The position numbers and the translations under genes are program-made. Shown here piece by piece: positions 1 through 11,039 of a DNA stretch of 41,788 nt (the first letter of the stretch is position 1; every line of letters starts with the position of its first letter). The notes beneath the pieces are model-generated. The model had not been told where the DNA came from, did not search any database, and was given only the letters and a program-made list of their open reading frames with translations. The DNA comes from Chiloscyllium plagiosum (lineage: Eukaryota). Location of the stretch: NCBI RefSeq assembly GCF_004010195.1, contig NC_057719.1:83928388-83970175 (forward strand), written 5' to 3'.

Positions 1-96
1 TGGGTTGCACTTCAGCGGGTCGGTGTGGGCTTATTGGGCTGAAGGGCCTGTTTCCACACTGTAATTAATCTAATCTAATAATCTAATCGAATCTAA
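1..96 (+). mobile_element. HE1-type (V-SINE) SINE, 3' end, truncated by window edge
   Basis: GGGCTGAAGGGCCTGTTTCCACACTGTA followed by a (TAATC)n tail; same 3' end as the other HE1 copies and CR1 tails in the window. Confidence 0.75.
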
Positions 97-104
97 ATGG
101 CCCA

Positions 105-250
105 AGCTACGTGGCTTAGCCATTGGAAATGCTGGGTTACAGGAATAGGATGGGATGGTAAGTCTAGGTGGATCGCTCTTCGGAGGGTTGATAGGCCACA
201 TGGCATGTTCCCACACTATAGGGATTCGATTATTCTATTCTTTGATTCTA
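105..250 (+). mobile_element. HE1-type SINE 3' fragment (diverged)
   Basis: CTCTTCGGAGGGTTG...CATGTTCCCACACTATAGGGATTC with a GATTCTA-type tail. Confidence 0.55.
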
Positions 251-845
251 TTGTGACAGAAACCATACCACTAAGAGTAGGTAGCTTATTTTTTCTGGTC
301 CTGAGACCCAAAGGTACAAGCCACACAGCTCATTGAGAGTCTTTGAGGTGAGGGCACTCAGTAGTTGGCCTAACATGGATTCAAAGCTTCAACAAAATTA
401 TATATTACTGGTGGGCAATGTGCCATCAGCACAAGCTTTATGTGAATGTTTGAATCCCCTCAAACACCATCTCATTCTTATTGCCAGCTCAGGCAGTCAG
501 CACTCCCATGGCAAAGGAAGCAAGTAATCAGAATACAGTTTTGGCATTTCTCCCAAACACTTCTTAGTCATTCACAGCCAGATCATTTTATATACCAGAC
601 AGCTACCACCCACACAAATCTCTGCTTCAGTACACAGTTCTTGCAGAGTTATCGAACCTCGGCTGGGATGGTCAAATTGTTGGCAGTGTGTTGACCTAGG
701 GAGAGGAAGAAACTGCCAACATACTTACAATGTAGTGAGCATAGCCTGAGATCACAAGCAATATAGGTACCCCAAAACCCCATGCACTAGACTGGTCTGC
801 TGGCATCCACTAGTTAGATGTACACTTGAGGACATGGATATGAGT

Positions 846-1119
846 GGTATGGTGGCTCAGTGATTAGTATTGCTGACTCACAATACCAGGGACTCAGATT
901 TGATTCTACCCTTGGTGATTGTGTGAAATTTGCATGTTCTTCTTGTCCCTACATGGGTTTCCTTCCACAGTCAAAAAATGTGCAGGTTAGGTGGATTAGC
1001 CGTATAATGCACAGTTGCAGTGAGAGGGTAGGGAGATGGGTCTGGATGGGATGCTCTTTCGAGAGCTGGTGTGAACTTGATTGGCTGAATGGCCTGCTTC
1101 TACGCTGTAGAGATTCTAT
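846..1119 (+). mobile_element. HE1-type V-SINE, near full length
   Basis: tRNA-like head GGTGGCTCAGTGATTAG (A box), V-domain-like TTTGCATGTTCT...GGGTTTCC...CAGGTTAGGTGGATT, CR1-like tail. Confidence 0.75.
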
Positions 1120-1291
1120 AAATCGCAAGGTTACTGCAGCAGCATTTCAGCAGAAAATCGGGTTGGATCCAACTTGAAGAAATTAAAACTTAGGACCGTA
1201 TAAAGCCCTTTCTGTCAGAAAGGCAGAAGGATAGCAGTGGATGTGAGGCTGACTTGACAACAGCACCTTGTATAGCCTCTTCTTGACCAAG

Positions 1292-1515
1292 GAGAAAGTG
1301 AGGACTGCAGATGCTGGAGATCAGAGCTGAAAATGTGTTGCTGGAAAAGCGCAGCAGGTCAGGCAGCATCCAAGGAGCAGGAGAATCGACGTTTCGGGCA
1401 TGAGCCCTTCTTCAGGAATCAGTTTCCTGAAGAAGGGCTCATAACCGAAACGTCGATTCTCCTGCTCTTTGGATGCTGCCTGACCGGCTGCGCTTTTCCA
1501 GCAACACATTTTCAG
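1292..1515. mobile_element. Short Penelope-like element remnant: two inverted terminal-repeat (pLTR) arms
   Basis: Near-perfect inverted arms centred ~1421; 15-bp TSD CTCTTCTTGACCAAG at 1277-1291 and 1516-1530; hammerhead-like core in each arm; same family as 22919-23131. Confidence 0.75.
1383..1420 (-). ncRNA. Minimal type I hammerhead ribozyme motif (PLE-associated)
   Basis: Minus strand reads gattc-CTGAAGA-a-GGGC-tcat-GCCC-GAAA-cGTC-gattc: CUGANGA and GAAA core, 4-bp stem II, palindromic ACGU mini stem III, GUC triplet, stem I 4/5 paired. Confidence 0.65.
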
Positions 1516-1639
1516 CTCTTCTTGACCAAGCCAGGGCAGCCATTCTTGACCTTAGTGGACACGGTGACTCTGAATGTGCTGAAGCTGGATCCGTCACTGC
1601 TCTTCCCCCCTCATTTGAAAGGTTCAGATAGGCAAAGTC

Positions 1640-2780
1640 AGTGGGAATGGAAATGTAACATCTTTCATCCCTTCAATACACCAAGGTATATTCATTTCTC
1701 AAATTCTAACCTCTCCACCATTGACAGCTGCGTCTTCCTGTAAATTGACTCCAAACTTTCCCTCCAAAACTCTCCATTTCTTCTCCTTTAAATTTGATTT
1801 ATTATTGTCACATGCATCAAGACACAGTGAAAAGTAGTTTTGTCTGCTAACCAGACAAACCATCCCTTCCATGATAGAACAGAATGAAGAATATACTTGT
1901 TACAGCTACAGAGAAGGCACAAAGATAAACTCTAACCAATGAGAGGTCCGTTCGTAAGTCAGAAAAGAGCGGGCAAGAAGTCGTTCTTGAAGGTAATAGT
2001 ATGCGTTTTCAAACTTTTGTACTTTCTGCTTGATTTAAGGTGGGCGAGAGTATAGCCAGGGTGGGAGGAGACTTTGATGATGTTGGCTGCTTTCCCCAGT
2101 GTAGCCAATGGATGGCAGACTAGTTTTCATGATGGATTGGGCTGCATTCACAAGTTTCTGCAATTTCTTGTGGTCTTGGGCAGAGCAGTTGCCGTACCAA
2201 ACTGTGACGCTTCTGGATAGGATGCTTTCTATGGCGCATCTATAAAAACTGGTAATAGTCATTGTGGACATGCTGAATTTCTAAGCCTTCTGAGGAAATA
2301 GAGGCACTGGTTTACTTTCTTGACTGTATTGTACTGTCGACGTGGATGGACCAGGACAGATAACTGGTGATCATCACTCCGAGAAACTTGTAGTTCTCGA
2401 CCACCTCCACCATTGATACAGACAAGGGCGCGCACACCACTCCACTTCCTGAAGTTGATGATCAGCAACTTTGCTGAGAATGAGTGAGATATTGTCGTCT
2501 TTACACCATGCCATTAAGTTGTTTATCTCCTTCCTGTAGTCTGTCTCATCGTGGTTTAAGATTCGATCCACTACGGTGGTGTCATCAGCAAATGTGTAAA
2601 ATGGAATTAGACTCCTTTAAGACGTTCTTCAACCAAAACTTCTCCTCCACCACCCACAAAAACCTCAACTCAGCTCTCGGATATCTGACCTAATATTGTC
2701 CTACCTGGGTTAGAGATAATTTTATTAAATACTGCACCTACAAAAGTGCATATACTTTGCTAAAATGCAATATAGAGTGA
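1640..2780 (+). mobile_element. Old L2-like LINE 3' end, split by the Rex1 insertion (1640-1791 plus 2612-2780)
   Basis: CTCCACCATTGACAGCTG...CTCCTTTAA|GACG...TAATAT...TGCAATATAG resembles L2-type 3' ends; the halves join across the CTCCTTTAA duplication. Confidence 0.4.
1792..2611 (-). mobile_element. Rex1/Babar-clade LINE, 5'-truncated, frameshifted RT C-terminus plus 3' UTR
   Basis: Minus-strand peptides FADD (~2581-2592), QCLYFLRRLR, FYRCAIESILSRSVTVWYGNCSAQDHKKLQ; 9-bp TSD CTCCTTTAA at 1783-1791 and 2612-2620. Confidence 0.8.
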
Positions 2781-3094
2781 AGATCATTGCTAAGAGTCTC
2801 AGTAATTTCACTTGAGTGTGGCAGCCACACCATTCTGGTCTGATTATGAGAGAACCGGGACTTTCTGAGTCAGGTACTTAGTGCTGTATCCTAGCACTTA
2901 AACAATAACCAGCTTCATTAGAGTTGAGACTCATGTTATTTGAGAAGTGTACACCTTTGATAGAAGCTGTGCATTATTTATATGATTCCTCTGTAACTGA
3001 GATATTATCCTAAACAAAGCCTGCCCTGTTCTCAAAATCAAATTCCCGGTGGCACGTGAGATAATTTAACAATGACGCTGAGGCGACACACAAA

Positions 3095-3445
3095 CCATAC
3101 TGTACAGACAGGAATACATCATTCCTCTTTATCCAGTATCTGTTGCACATGTACAGCAGCTGACACTGAAAGACACATGGGTTGTATAGTGTCAGACATG
3201 AGTGAATTTTTCCCTTTTCCCAGTGTGCACTGTACATGTAAGGAAGCTGACAGTGAGACATATGTAGTCTGTACACTACCACACAGAAGGGAATCATTTT
3301 ACCCAATGTGTACTTGGCAGGTGTAGGAGTTGATATAGAAGCATGTATAATCTATGCAATATCACACAGAAATGAATCATTTATCTTTCACCTGCTCTAT
3401 ACATGCACAGGAGCTGACACTGAGAAACACATAATCTGTACCAGA
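3095..3445. repeat. Degenerate ~85-bp tandem repeat, ~4 units
   Basis: Core AGCTGACACTGAGA-like motif at 3158, 3245, 3328, 3412 (spacings 87/83/84) with similar flanks. Confidence 0.6.
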
Positions 3446-4059
3446 CAGTCAAGGTAATCAAATCCAAATTTTGGTGAAATACATAAGAGGCACCTTGACT
3501 TTGAAGGCTAGGGTGCTGTTCACGAGCTGTCAGTGAGGGTGGGTCAGCTATCATGGCTATCTTGGGATCTGATATGATGCAACACAGAGTTGTCTTGGAG
3601 GCTGTGACTTAAGAATAGCTGTGTTATGCTCAAGTTGAGGATCCCGAATTCTTTAAAGTTCCAGTCCAGATACCACAAACCATTAGCTCGTGGGTGAGGC
3701 AGGGTGAAGTGGCTCTCCTTCTTTATTAATCTAGCTTCTCCCCTCCCAGTTAAGTATAATAAGGTCAACTTCCAAAGGATTCCAAATGAGCAGACTAAAT
3801 GAACACTTGCTTTAGACAGGAGCCAAATTAGCTAGAATTTCTTGAATTAACAAAAAGAATAATTTTAGTAATTACTACACGCAAGGGGGAAGATAAACCC
3901 AAGAAACAGTTGAGAAGTACGAGGTGAGTTCAAAAAAATAAAAGCTACAAAATGATTATACAGACAGATCTCTGTCCCAGCTGCTCTTCATAAAAAATGC
4001 AATGTTGCAGACGTTATTGGTTTGTGTCAGTACGTTGACGTTGGTTGGTAATCAGTCAA

Positions 4060-4345
4060 AGAGACATAGGGATGTAAAGCACTGAAACAGACCCTTTGGT
4101 CTAACTAGTATATGCCGACCAGTTATCTTAACCTCACCTCGTCCCATTTGCCAGCGCTTAGCCCATATCTCTCTAAACTTTTCTTATTCATATACCCGTT
4201 CAGATGCCTTTTAAATGCTGTAGATGTACCAGCCTCCACCACTTCCTCTGGCAGCTCATTCCATACACGTACCACCCTCTGCGTGAAAATGTTGCCCCTT
4301 AGGTCCCTTTTATATCTTTTCCCTCTCACCCTGAACCTACGCTCT
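4060..4345 (-). mobile_element. CR1/HER1-type LINE 3' end
   Basis: ORF2 C-terminal peptide FTQRVVRVWNELPEEVVEAGT followed by the conserved 3' UTR and tail. Confidence 0.85.
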
Positions 4346-4349
4346 CTTG

Positions 4350-5195
4350 TTCACAACAGATGTCAAGTTTACTGGTCTATAGTTTCCAGGCTTTTCTTTG
4401 CAGCCTTTCTTGAGTAATGGCACAAGATTTGCTACCCTCCAGTCTTCTGGGTTCTCACCCTTGGCTAACAATGACACAAAAATATCAGCCAGAGCCCCAC
4501 AATTTCTTCTCTGGCCGCTTGCAGTGGTCTTACATATGTCTGGTCAGGACCAGGAAAATGATCCACCTTCATACATTCTAATACATCCAACACCTCCTCT
4601 ACACTAATATGGACTGTCCCCAAGATGTCACCATTAATTTCCCCAAGTCTTCATGTCTTTCTCCATGGTAAACAACAGAGGAGAAATATTCATTGAGGAT
4701 CTCGCCCATCTCGTGGTTCTACACATACATGTCCATTTTGGTCCTTAAGTGGCCCTATTCTCTGTCTAGTTATTCTTTTTCCTTCAATATAATTAAAATA
4801 TCTCTTTGGATTCATCCTAATCTTCTCAGCCCAGGCTATCTTGTGCCCCATTTTCACTTTCCTGATTTCCTTCTTCAGTAAACTCCTGTATTCCCTGGAT
4901 ACCTCCAGGGATTCCCTTGATCCCAGCTGTCAGTCCCGGAGCCATGCCTCCTTTTTTCTGGCCAAAACCTCAATATCTCTTGTCATCCAGGGTTCTCTAT
5001 TCTTGTCAACCTTGCCCTTCACCCTCACAGGAACATGGAACACAGGAACAGGGCCTTGAACTCTAGCTGTCTCACTTTTAAAGGTCTCCCACTTGCCAGA
5101 GGTCGCTCTCCCTGCAAACAAACTACTCCAATCAACCCCTGCAAGCTCATGACTAATTCCTTCAAAATTCACCTTGCCCCAATTTAGAACTTGAA
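4350..5195 (-). mobile_element. CR1 LINE internal ORF2 fragment (endonuclease-RT linker)
   Basis: Peptide NFEGISHELAGVDWSSLFAGRATSGKWETFKSE...REPWMTRDIE; disrupted reading frame. Confidence 0.75.
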
Positions 5196-5199
5196 GCGA

Positions 5200-5390
5200 G
5201 GTGAAGTTAGTGGCTTGGCCACGCTAAATTACCAAGTGTTCAGGGATGTGTAGGTTAGGTACGTTAGCCATGGGAAATGTGGGGATACAGGGATAGAGTA
5301 GGGGAGTGGTTCTCGGTGCACTTCGGAGGGTTATGTGGACTTAGTGTGTCCAATGGCCTGTTTCCACATGGTAGGGATTCAGTGTTCTAC
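5200..5390 (+). mobile_element. HE1-type SINE 3' half
   Basis: TGGCCACGCTAAATT...GTGTTCAGGGATGTGTAGGTTAGG...GGCCTGTTTCCACA matches the other HE1 copies. Confidence 0.7.
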
Positions 5391-6075
5391 GTTTACTTGC
5401 AACACAGGGTAACAAGGTGACAGGTCTACAATTGTGACCTTTGTGACACACTAAAGCTTGAATCCAGGCCAGTACAAGAATGTTAAGTCTCACCAGCATA
5501 CTCAGTGGAGGTGAAACTGACTTTTTAACCTGTCATTGTATACTCTTCAAAAGGAAAAATATAAAATGTGTCTGCAGTTTAGGACACAATTCATAAGGGG
5601 TGGCTTGCTGCTGAGCAGGAGTCATCAGCCCCTTGTTATTTTCTGTCATCACATAATATCACTGTCTAGTCGGTTTTGATTTGCCTCTTCCAACCCTCAT
5701 ATCCTCTTCTTTGAAAGGCTGATGTTTTAAGTTCTTTTTGCATCTATTGTTGTAATAATCATTGGGTTTTCCTCTCTCTCTGAACAGCCACTTACTTCAC
5801 ATCATCAGAGATTTTTGCCTGTATCAGTCCTATTTCTAAAGAGGCAATTTTGGATTTACCAGCTAACAATGTCCACAGTACTTTGGTGTTCCACCCCATC
5901 AACCAAACAACTATCATGACGAGGTATCATAATCCTTGTTAACTACAAATGTAGTCAACTTTTAATTCAGGCTTTTCAAAAGAGATACAGGCAAAAGATA
6001 ACTCTAGATGTGGCTGCATCGAGAGGAACCCTCGAATGTCACACTTGAAGGAAGCTTCAAAGGAAGAAGTGCACT

Positions 6076-6402
6076 ACAAATGAAATATAATCTCCTATGT
6101 GGATCTCAAACTGTGGCAGGATGGGAGAACAGATAGCAGTCTGGGTAAGGGACGGGTTTCAATTTTTTCTATTTCAACAATACAAAGAAAGGGATTAAAT
6201 GTGAATTTTGACCTGGCTGTTTGTTGGGACATAATTTTTAACCGTTTCACCACACAAATGAAATATAATCTCCTATGTGGATCTCAAACTGTGGCAGGAT
6301 GGGAAAACAGATAGCAGTCTGGGTAAGGGACGGGTTTCAATTTTTTCTATTTCAACAATACAAAGAAAGGGATTAAATGTGAATTTTGACCTGGCTGTTT
6401 GT
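6076..6402. repeat. 149-bp direct duplication with a 29-bp spacer
   Basis: 6076-6224 and 6254-6402 are identical except one base (GGGAGAAC vs GGGAAAAC). Confidence 0.95.
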
Positions 6403-6417
6403 ATGCTAGTGAGTTGC

Positions 6418-6509
6418 ATGTGTGTGTGTGTGCGTGCTAGTGAGGTGTAGGTACATGTACGCAAGCCCGCTAGTGAGGTGTGTGTGTGTGTGTGTGCATG
6501 TATGTGTGT
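6418..6509. repeat. Interrupted (GT)n microsatellite
   Basis: Runs of GTGTGT separated by GCTAGTGAG-containing units. Confidence 0.85.
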
Positions 6510-6894
6510 TCCAGTATTAGCATGCTATGAAAGTTATTATAGAAGAACCATCCATTAGTCACCTCAGCATTGCAGGTAAAGAACACTTTCATTCTGAGTG
6601 CTGAAAATCAGTTCAAAAGGAAAAAGAATTTCAGATAACCTGCAAGTCCAAGGATCTCAAAAATTAATATTTCACTATCTACTCTTCAGGAATGACCCAT
6701 AGATTGATCTGTATATCCTTTTAATTTTTTTTGGACTCACTTCACATTTCAAATCTTTATGCATATATGTTGCATTATTTCTTCTTCTCATGATTTGTAA
6801 TTGACACATTAATTCTTTAAAAAAGTCTGGTTAAATTTAAAACATAAAGCCAAATGATGGTTTGAATGGCCTCCTTCTGTACTATACGATTCTA

Positions 6895-7065
6895 TGTACA
6901 GGAGCTGACACTGAGATGTACAATGGCAGTATAGCACCATTCCTTCTCTTTTATCTAAGGTATACTGTAAATTCACAGGAACCGACACTGAAACTCAGAG
7001 GCCTACAGCGTCATATATGAGGGATTAACTTCCTTTTATTCCAGAGTGTACAGAAGCTCACACTG
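6895..7065. repeat. Second array of the degenerate AGCTGACACTG repeat (~3 units)
   Basis: Core at 6903, ~6981, 7055; flanks resemble the 3095-3445 units. Confidence 0.5.
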
Positions 7066-7104
7066 CTCTAGAAAGAGTCAAGAAGCGGAATGACCTTTTC
7101 ATAA

Positions 7105-7380
7105 TAATATGGCCCAACACAGAAAACAGCCATTTGGCCCATTGTGCCAATGCTGGCTCTTTGAAAGAGTTATCCAATAGTCCCATTTCCCTGCTTTTTC
7201 CCCTTAGCCTCTGCAAAGGCCTTTTTTAATAAATGTTTGTTGCAATCTCATTTGATAGTTACCACTTTCACCACCTTTTGAGATCATGATTATTGGTTAT
7301 GACCTTGATTGCACTATGCAAAAATAACTTTTCATCTCCCCACTGGATCCTTTTTTTCCCTAATAATTATTGTTCCTCAG
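7105..7380 (-). mobile_element. Old CR1-type LINE 3' end
   Basis: GCCATTTGGCCCATTGTGCC...GGCTCTTTGAAAGAG...CCCTGCTTTTTCCCC, the reverse of a CR1-type 3' UTR (homologous to 21960-22058). Confidence 0.55.
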
Positions 7381-7399
7381 GGTTAAAAGGGTCTGATAT

Positions 7400-7530
7400 A
7401 CATGAAGTCTTACAGGCCAAAGGTTTGGAGGAATATGGACCAAACACTGGCAGGTGGGACTAGTTTTAGTTTGGTCAGTATGGACTAGTTGGATTGAAGT
7501 GTCTATTTCTATGCTGTATGGCTCTATGAC
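7400..7530 (+). mobile_element. CR1/HER1 3' end fragment
   Basis: AAAGGTTTGGAGGAATATGGACCAAAC...GGTGGGACTAG...CTGTATGGCTCTATGAC tail. Confidence 0.65.
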
Positions 7531-7564
7531 ATTGGGTCATGGTCAGTTCAGCTGACTGAATCAA

Positions 7565-7912
7565 AGAATTCCTACAGTGTGGAAGCAAACCCATTTGGTC
7601 TATCAAGTCCACACTGATCTTCCGAAGAACATCCCACCCAGATCCACACCCTTACCCTATCCCTGCACCCCTACATTTCCCATGGCTAATCCATTTAGCC
7701 TGCACATCCCTGAACACTGTGGGAAATTTAGCATGGCCAATCCACCTAACTCGCATATCTTTGTGATTGTGGGAGGAACACCGGAACTCCCAGCAGAAAA
7801 TCTGTTAACAGACACGGCGAGAACGTGCAAACCCCACACAGATAGTTGCCCAAGGGTGGAATCGAACCCGGGTCCCTGGTGCTGAGAGGCAGCAATGCTA
7901 ACCACTCGGCCA
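7565..7912 (-). mobile_element. HE1-type V-SINE, near full length
   Basis: Minus strand: GTGGCCGAGTGGTTAGC (A box), GGTTCGATTCC (B box), V-domain, CR1-like tail. Confidence 0.85.
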
Positions 7913-8609
7913 CTACGATCTTGGTGTTGGGGCTCTTGATGGGGGCAGAATCAGTTAGGGTGCCATTTGGTGGACTTGCAAAATACAAGTGCCAGGCCCA
8001 GACAAAACTACATCTGCTTACAATCCACTGGTTTTCTGGCATCCAATGGAACAGTCAGCAGTTCCAGAATAGGAAAAGATGAGGAGGAACAAGTGGAAAT
8101 TTGTGGTTAAAAAGAACCCCCATGGAACATTCCAGATAAACAAACCCAACACCACAAAGATTTATGGGCGATGGCTGCAACCAGAATTTGCTCAAATTAC
8201 CATTTACTCAAATTAAAGCTGCTTGCTGAAATTATCTGACCATTTGATTTTTTTGTTGTGAATTACCATTACTGTGCCATTTATTGGAATTCCTGGCTAA
8301 TTCACTTGTGTTTAAGTGGAAAAACAAATTTGTTTCAGTAAACTGCAAGTTTAGCAATGTGTCTAACCAAGCACACAGTGTAGTGCTGAATACACAGTCA
8401 AGTATGTATGCAGATGCACACACAAACATGACACTCAGAAACAAAAAAGTACTTGTGCACAAAAATACACACAAACACACTTAATTGGAAAGGTAACAGC
8501 AGGAACTTGAGGGAAAATCTGAAAACACTGACCAGTTTTGCTGTGCCTGAGTAATTAACCTTGAATCTGTACTAAGAAAATGCAGGTCAAGGCTCTGTAA
8601 TAACATTCT

Positions 8610-8958
8610 CATGTTTGAGTCACAGGGTTGTGGTTTCTAGCACGGTAGGTACTTCTGGGGTGAGCTGTTAAATCATCTTTCACAGTCTGCTCTCATATTT
8701 GGATATAAAAGACCACACTCTACTATTCTGAAGAATAGAGAAATTTGCCACAGTATCTTAGTCAATGTTTATGCCTAAAGCAATACCATTAAAACAAATC
8801 CAGCATCTCAACACTATTTGAGAGAGCTTGCTAAGTGCAAATTGGCTGATGTACTTTACTACAACAGTCAACATGTTTCAAAATTACTTAAATCGATTGT
8901 AACGTAGTTTTGGATGTTTTGATAACATGAACGGTGCTATATAAATTCAAATATTTTC
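8610..8958 (+). mobile_element. Deu-domain SINE (SacSINE1/AmnSINE1-like), old
   Basis: GAGAGCTTGCTAAGTGCAAATTGGCTGATG...ACTACAACAGT and L2-type tail GGTGCTATATAAATTCAA resemble the Deu domain. Confidence 0.6.
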
Positions 8959-10280
8959 CTACTCTAAAATAAATCAACAACAATTTACATTTATAGACAG
9001 TGCTTCTATCACAGTAAAATATCACAAAGCCATAATTCAAGAGGAACAAGTGAAGAGGGCACCTTTAAGGGCTGAATTTTGACAAATTCCACCATAGCAG
9101 CAGAGACAATCCAGGTTACTCTAAAATGATCAACAACACTCTCAATAAAATAACTAACAAGACACTCCAGAAAGGTTTCGGATCAACACTGTTGCCAAAA
9201 ACTAACCAGCTGATCATTGGGCAGTACACCTTTCAGTGTACCTGGTTTTGTTGAAAGTTGCCCCTTAGCTTTTGAGATTCATTGATTACAGACAGGGAGG
9301 GGTGAAAATATTACCTCTTCCCAGCTTCAGCAGCACAGGGCAATTATCAAAGAAACTTTGACACAAAGACACAAAAGCCTGGTTAAAATGGTTGAAAGAG
9401 GGGATAGAGAACTAGAAGGGGATAGCGAGGGAAATGCAGAACACAGTCACAAAATCGAAGGCACCCTGGAAGTCAGAATTGGAGAACATCTTCAATTGGC
9501 AAAGGCTATTAAAGATACTTTAAAAAAAAACCTTCAATCTGATACTGAACGTGCAGCTGGATTGGACTAGATCAGTTCAGTACAGGTGCTGTGCACACAG
9601 TATCAAACAGCAATAGCAATCCCCAGGGGACCCCACCTACCAAGCACATGCATACACATGCTCAGTTCACAGCTCAATCATAAACATGGCGTATGAAGCA
9701 ATCTCTGCCTAAACTCAGCTCCGAGCTCATCAGATCAAAGAATCTGCGTTCAAAATTAGACTGGAACAAAGCCAATGTGTACAACCTCCCCACAACTCTC
9801 ACTCCTACCTGTATTTGCCCCCTGCAATACTGAGGCTATTTTCCACATTTTACTCAGATATCATTCCAAATTAAGTCCAATATTTTTGTGCGTTATGATT
9901 TCCATTTTAAATCATACATATTAGAATAGAGTATCTCTGATGTGCTTGCTTGCTACTCCCTTCAAACACCCTAAACCTGTGTCCTCAGGTCACTGACCAC
10001 CCACCTTGTGAGTGGCAATCAGATGGATTCTCATTTACTCTACTCCTCATGCAACTTGACTGCTTTGACCATCTGTGGATGAGAAAATGCCCACTGCAGC
10101 AAAATGGCCTCTTGATCAGTCACACAAACATCTCAGATGTCGGCTAAATCGGCCAACCTTCATTAGGGTGCAAGTTGGAAGGCCACATTTGGCCGCACTC
10201 TTAATGGGTTGGGGCGGGGGGGGGAATGAGTGGACTTGAGGGGGAGAAGAGCTGCCAGGACAACCTGGAGTTCAGTTCAG

Positions 10281-10622
10281 GGGTGGTGACAGCCGAGTGG
10301 TATCATCATTGGACTGTTAATCGAGAGTCCCAGGTAATGTTCTGAGGACCTGGGTTCGAATCCCACCACGGCAGATGGTGGAATTGAAGTTAATGAAAAC
10401 AAGTCCGGAGTTAAGAGAATCCATTGTTGATTGTTGGAAAGACCAATCTGGTTCACTAATGTCCTTCAGGGGAGAAACTGCCAATCTTACCTGGTCTGCT
10501 CTACATGTGACTCCAGACCCACAGTAATGTGGTTGACTCTTAACTGCCTTTAGGGTGTTTGGGATAAGCAATAAATGCTGGCCTAGCCAGCGATGTCCAG
10601 ATTCTGTAAATAAATTTTAAAA
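10281..10622 (+). mobile_element. tRNA-derived SINE, second (non-HE1) family
   Basis: B box GGTTCGAATCC, body CTGGTTCACTAATGTCCTT...GACTCCAGACCCACAG, tail GCAATAAATGCTGGCCTAGCCAGCG; second copy at 14122-14410. Confidence 0.75.
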
Positions 10623-10896
10623 AGTTCGTATCCTCTAAATCAAATGGAATGCTGCCATCAAATATCTAATTCAGACATAAAGATGGGCAGTTTGCATGTG
10701 ATCCTGTTAGGATGCCTGACATTAAGGAGGGAGCACCTTCTGGAGAGTGCATGAGGAAAGTTGCCTGCTAACTTCAAGGTTCTGCATGGAAAAGGCAACA
10801 GAGATAGGAATGTACAGCGGATGTAACGTGTATGAGCTTTAGGGAAATTCTGACAAAGTAAGGTACCTTATCAGAAATTAGTTTGGAAAACAGGAG

Positions 10897-10982
10897 ATGA
10901 CATTGCCTGACCTGCTGCGTATTTCCAGCATTTTCTGGCACTACTTCAGAATCTCATCATCTGCAGTCTCTTGCTTTTCTTT
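10897..10982 (+). mobile_element. Old PLE terminal-repeat fragment
   Basis: TGCCTGACCTGCTGCGTATTTCCAGCA...CATCTGCAGTC is homologous to the arm and tail of 22919-23131. Confidence 0.55.
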
Positions 10983-11039
10983 TGTATCAAAGTGCATGGA
11001 ATTGGAGGGGGGAATAGGCAGAGCAAACAGAAAGCAAGA

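Noticed and set aside
1292..1515. Classical MITE (DNA transposon)
   Set aside because: TSDs are long and differ between copies (15 and 14 bp), the arms are asymmetric with a one-sided tail, and the centres differ; this fits PLE retrotransposition better.
1321..1743. Identical MCCWKSAAGQAASKEQENRRFG peptides on both strands (also 22908-23150) as a small gene family
   Set aside because: A by-product of the inverted repeat arms; no evidence of coding function.
3095..3445. CRISPR-like repeat-spacer array
   Set aside because: Vertebrate context, degenerate repeats, 'spacers' similar to each other, and no cas genes.
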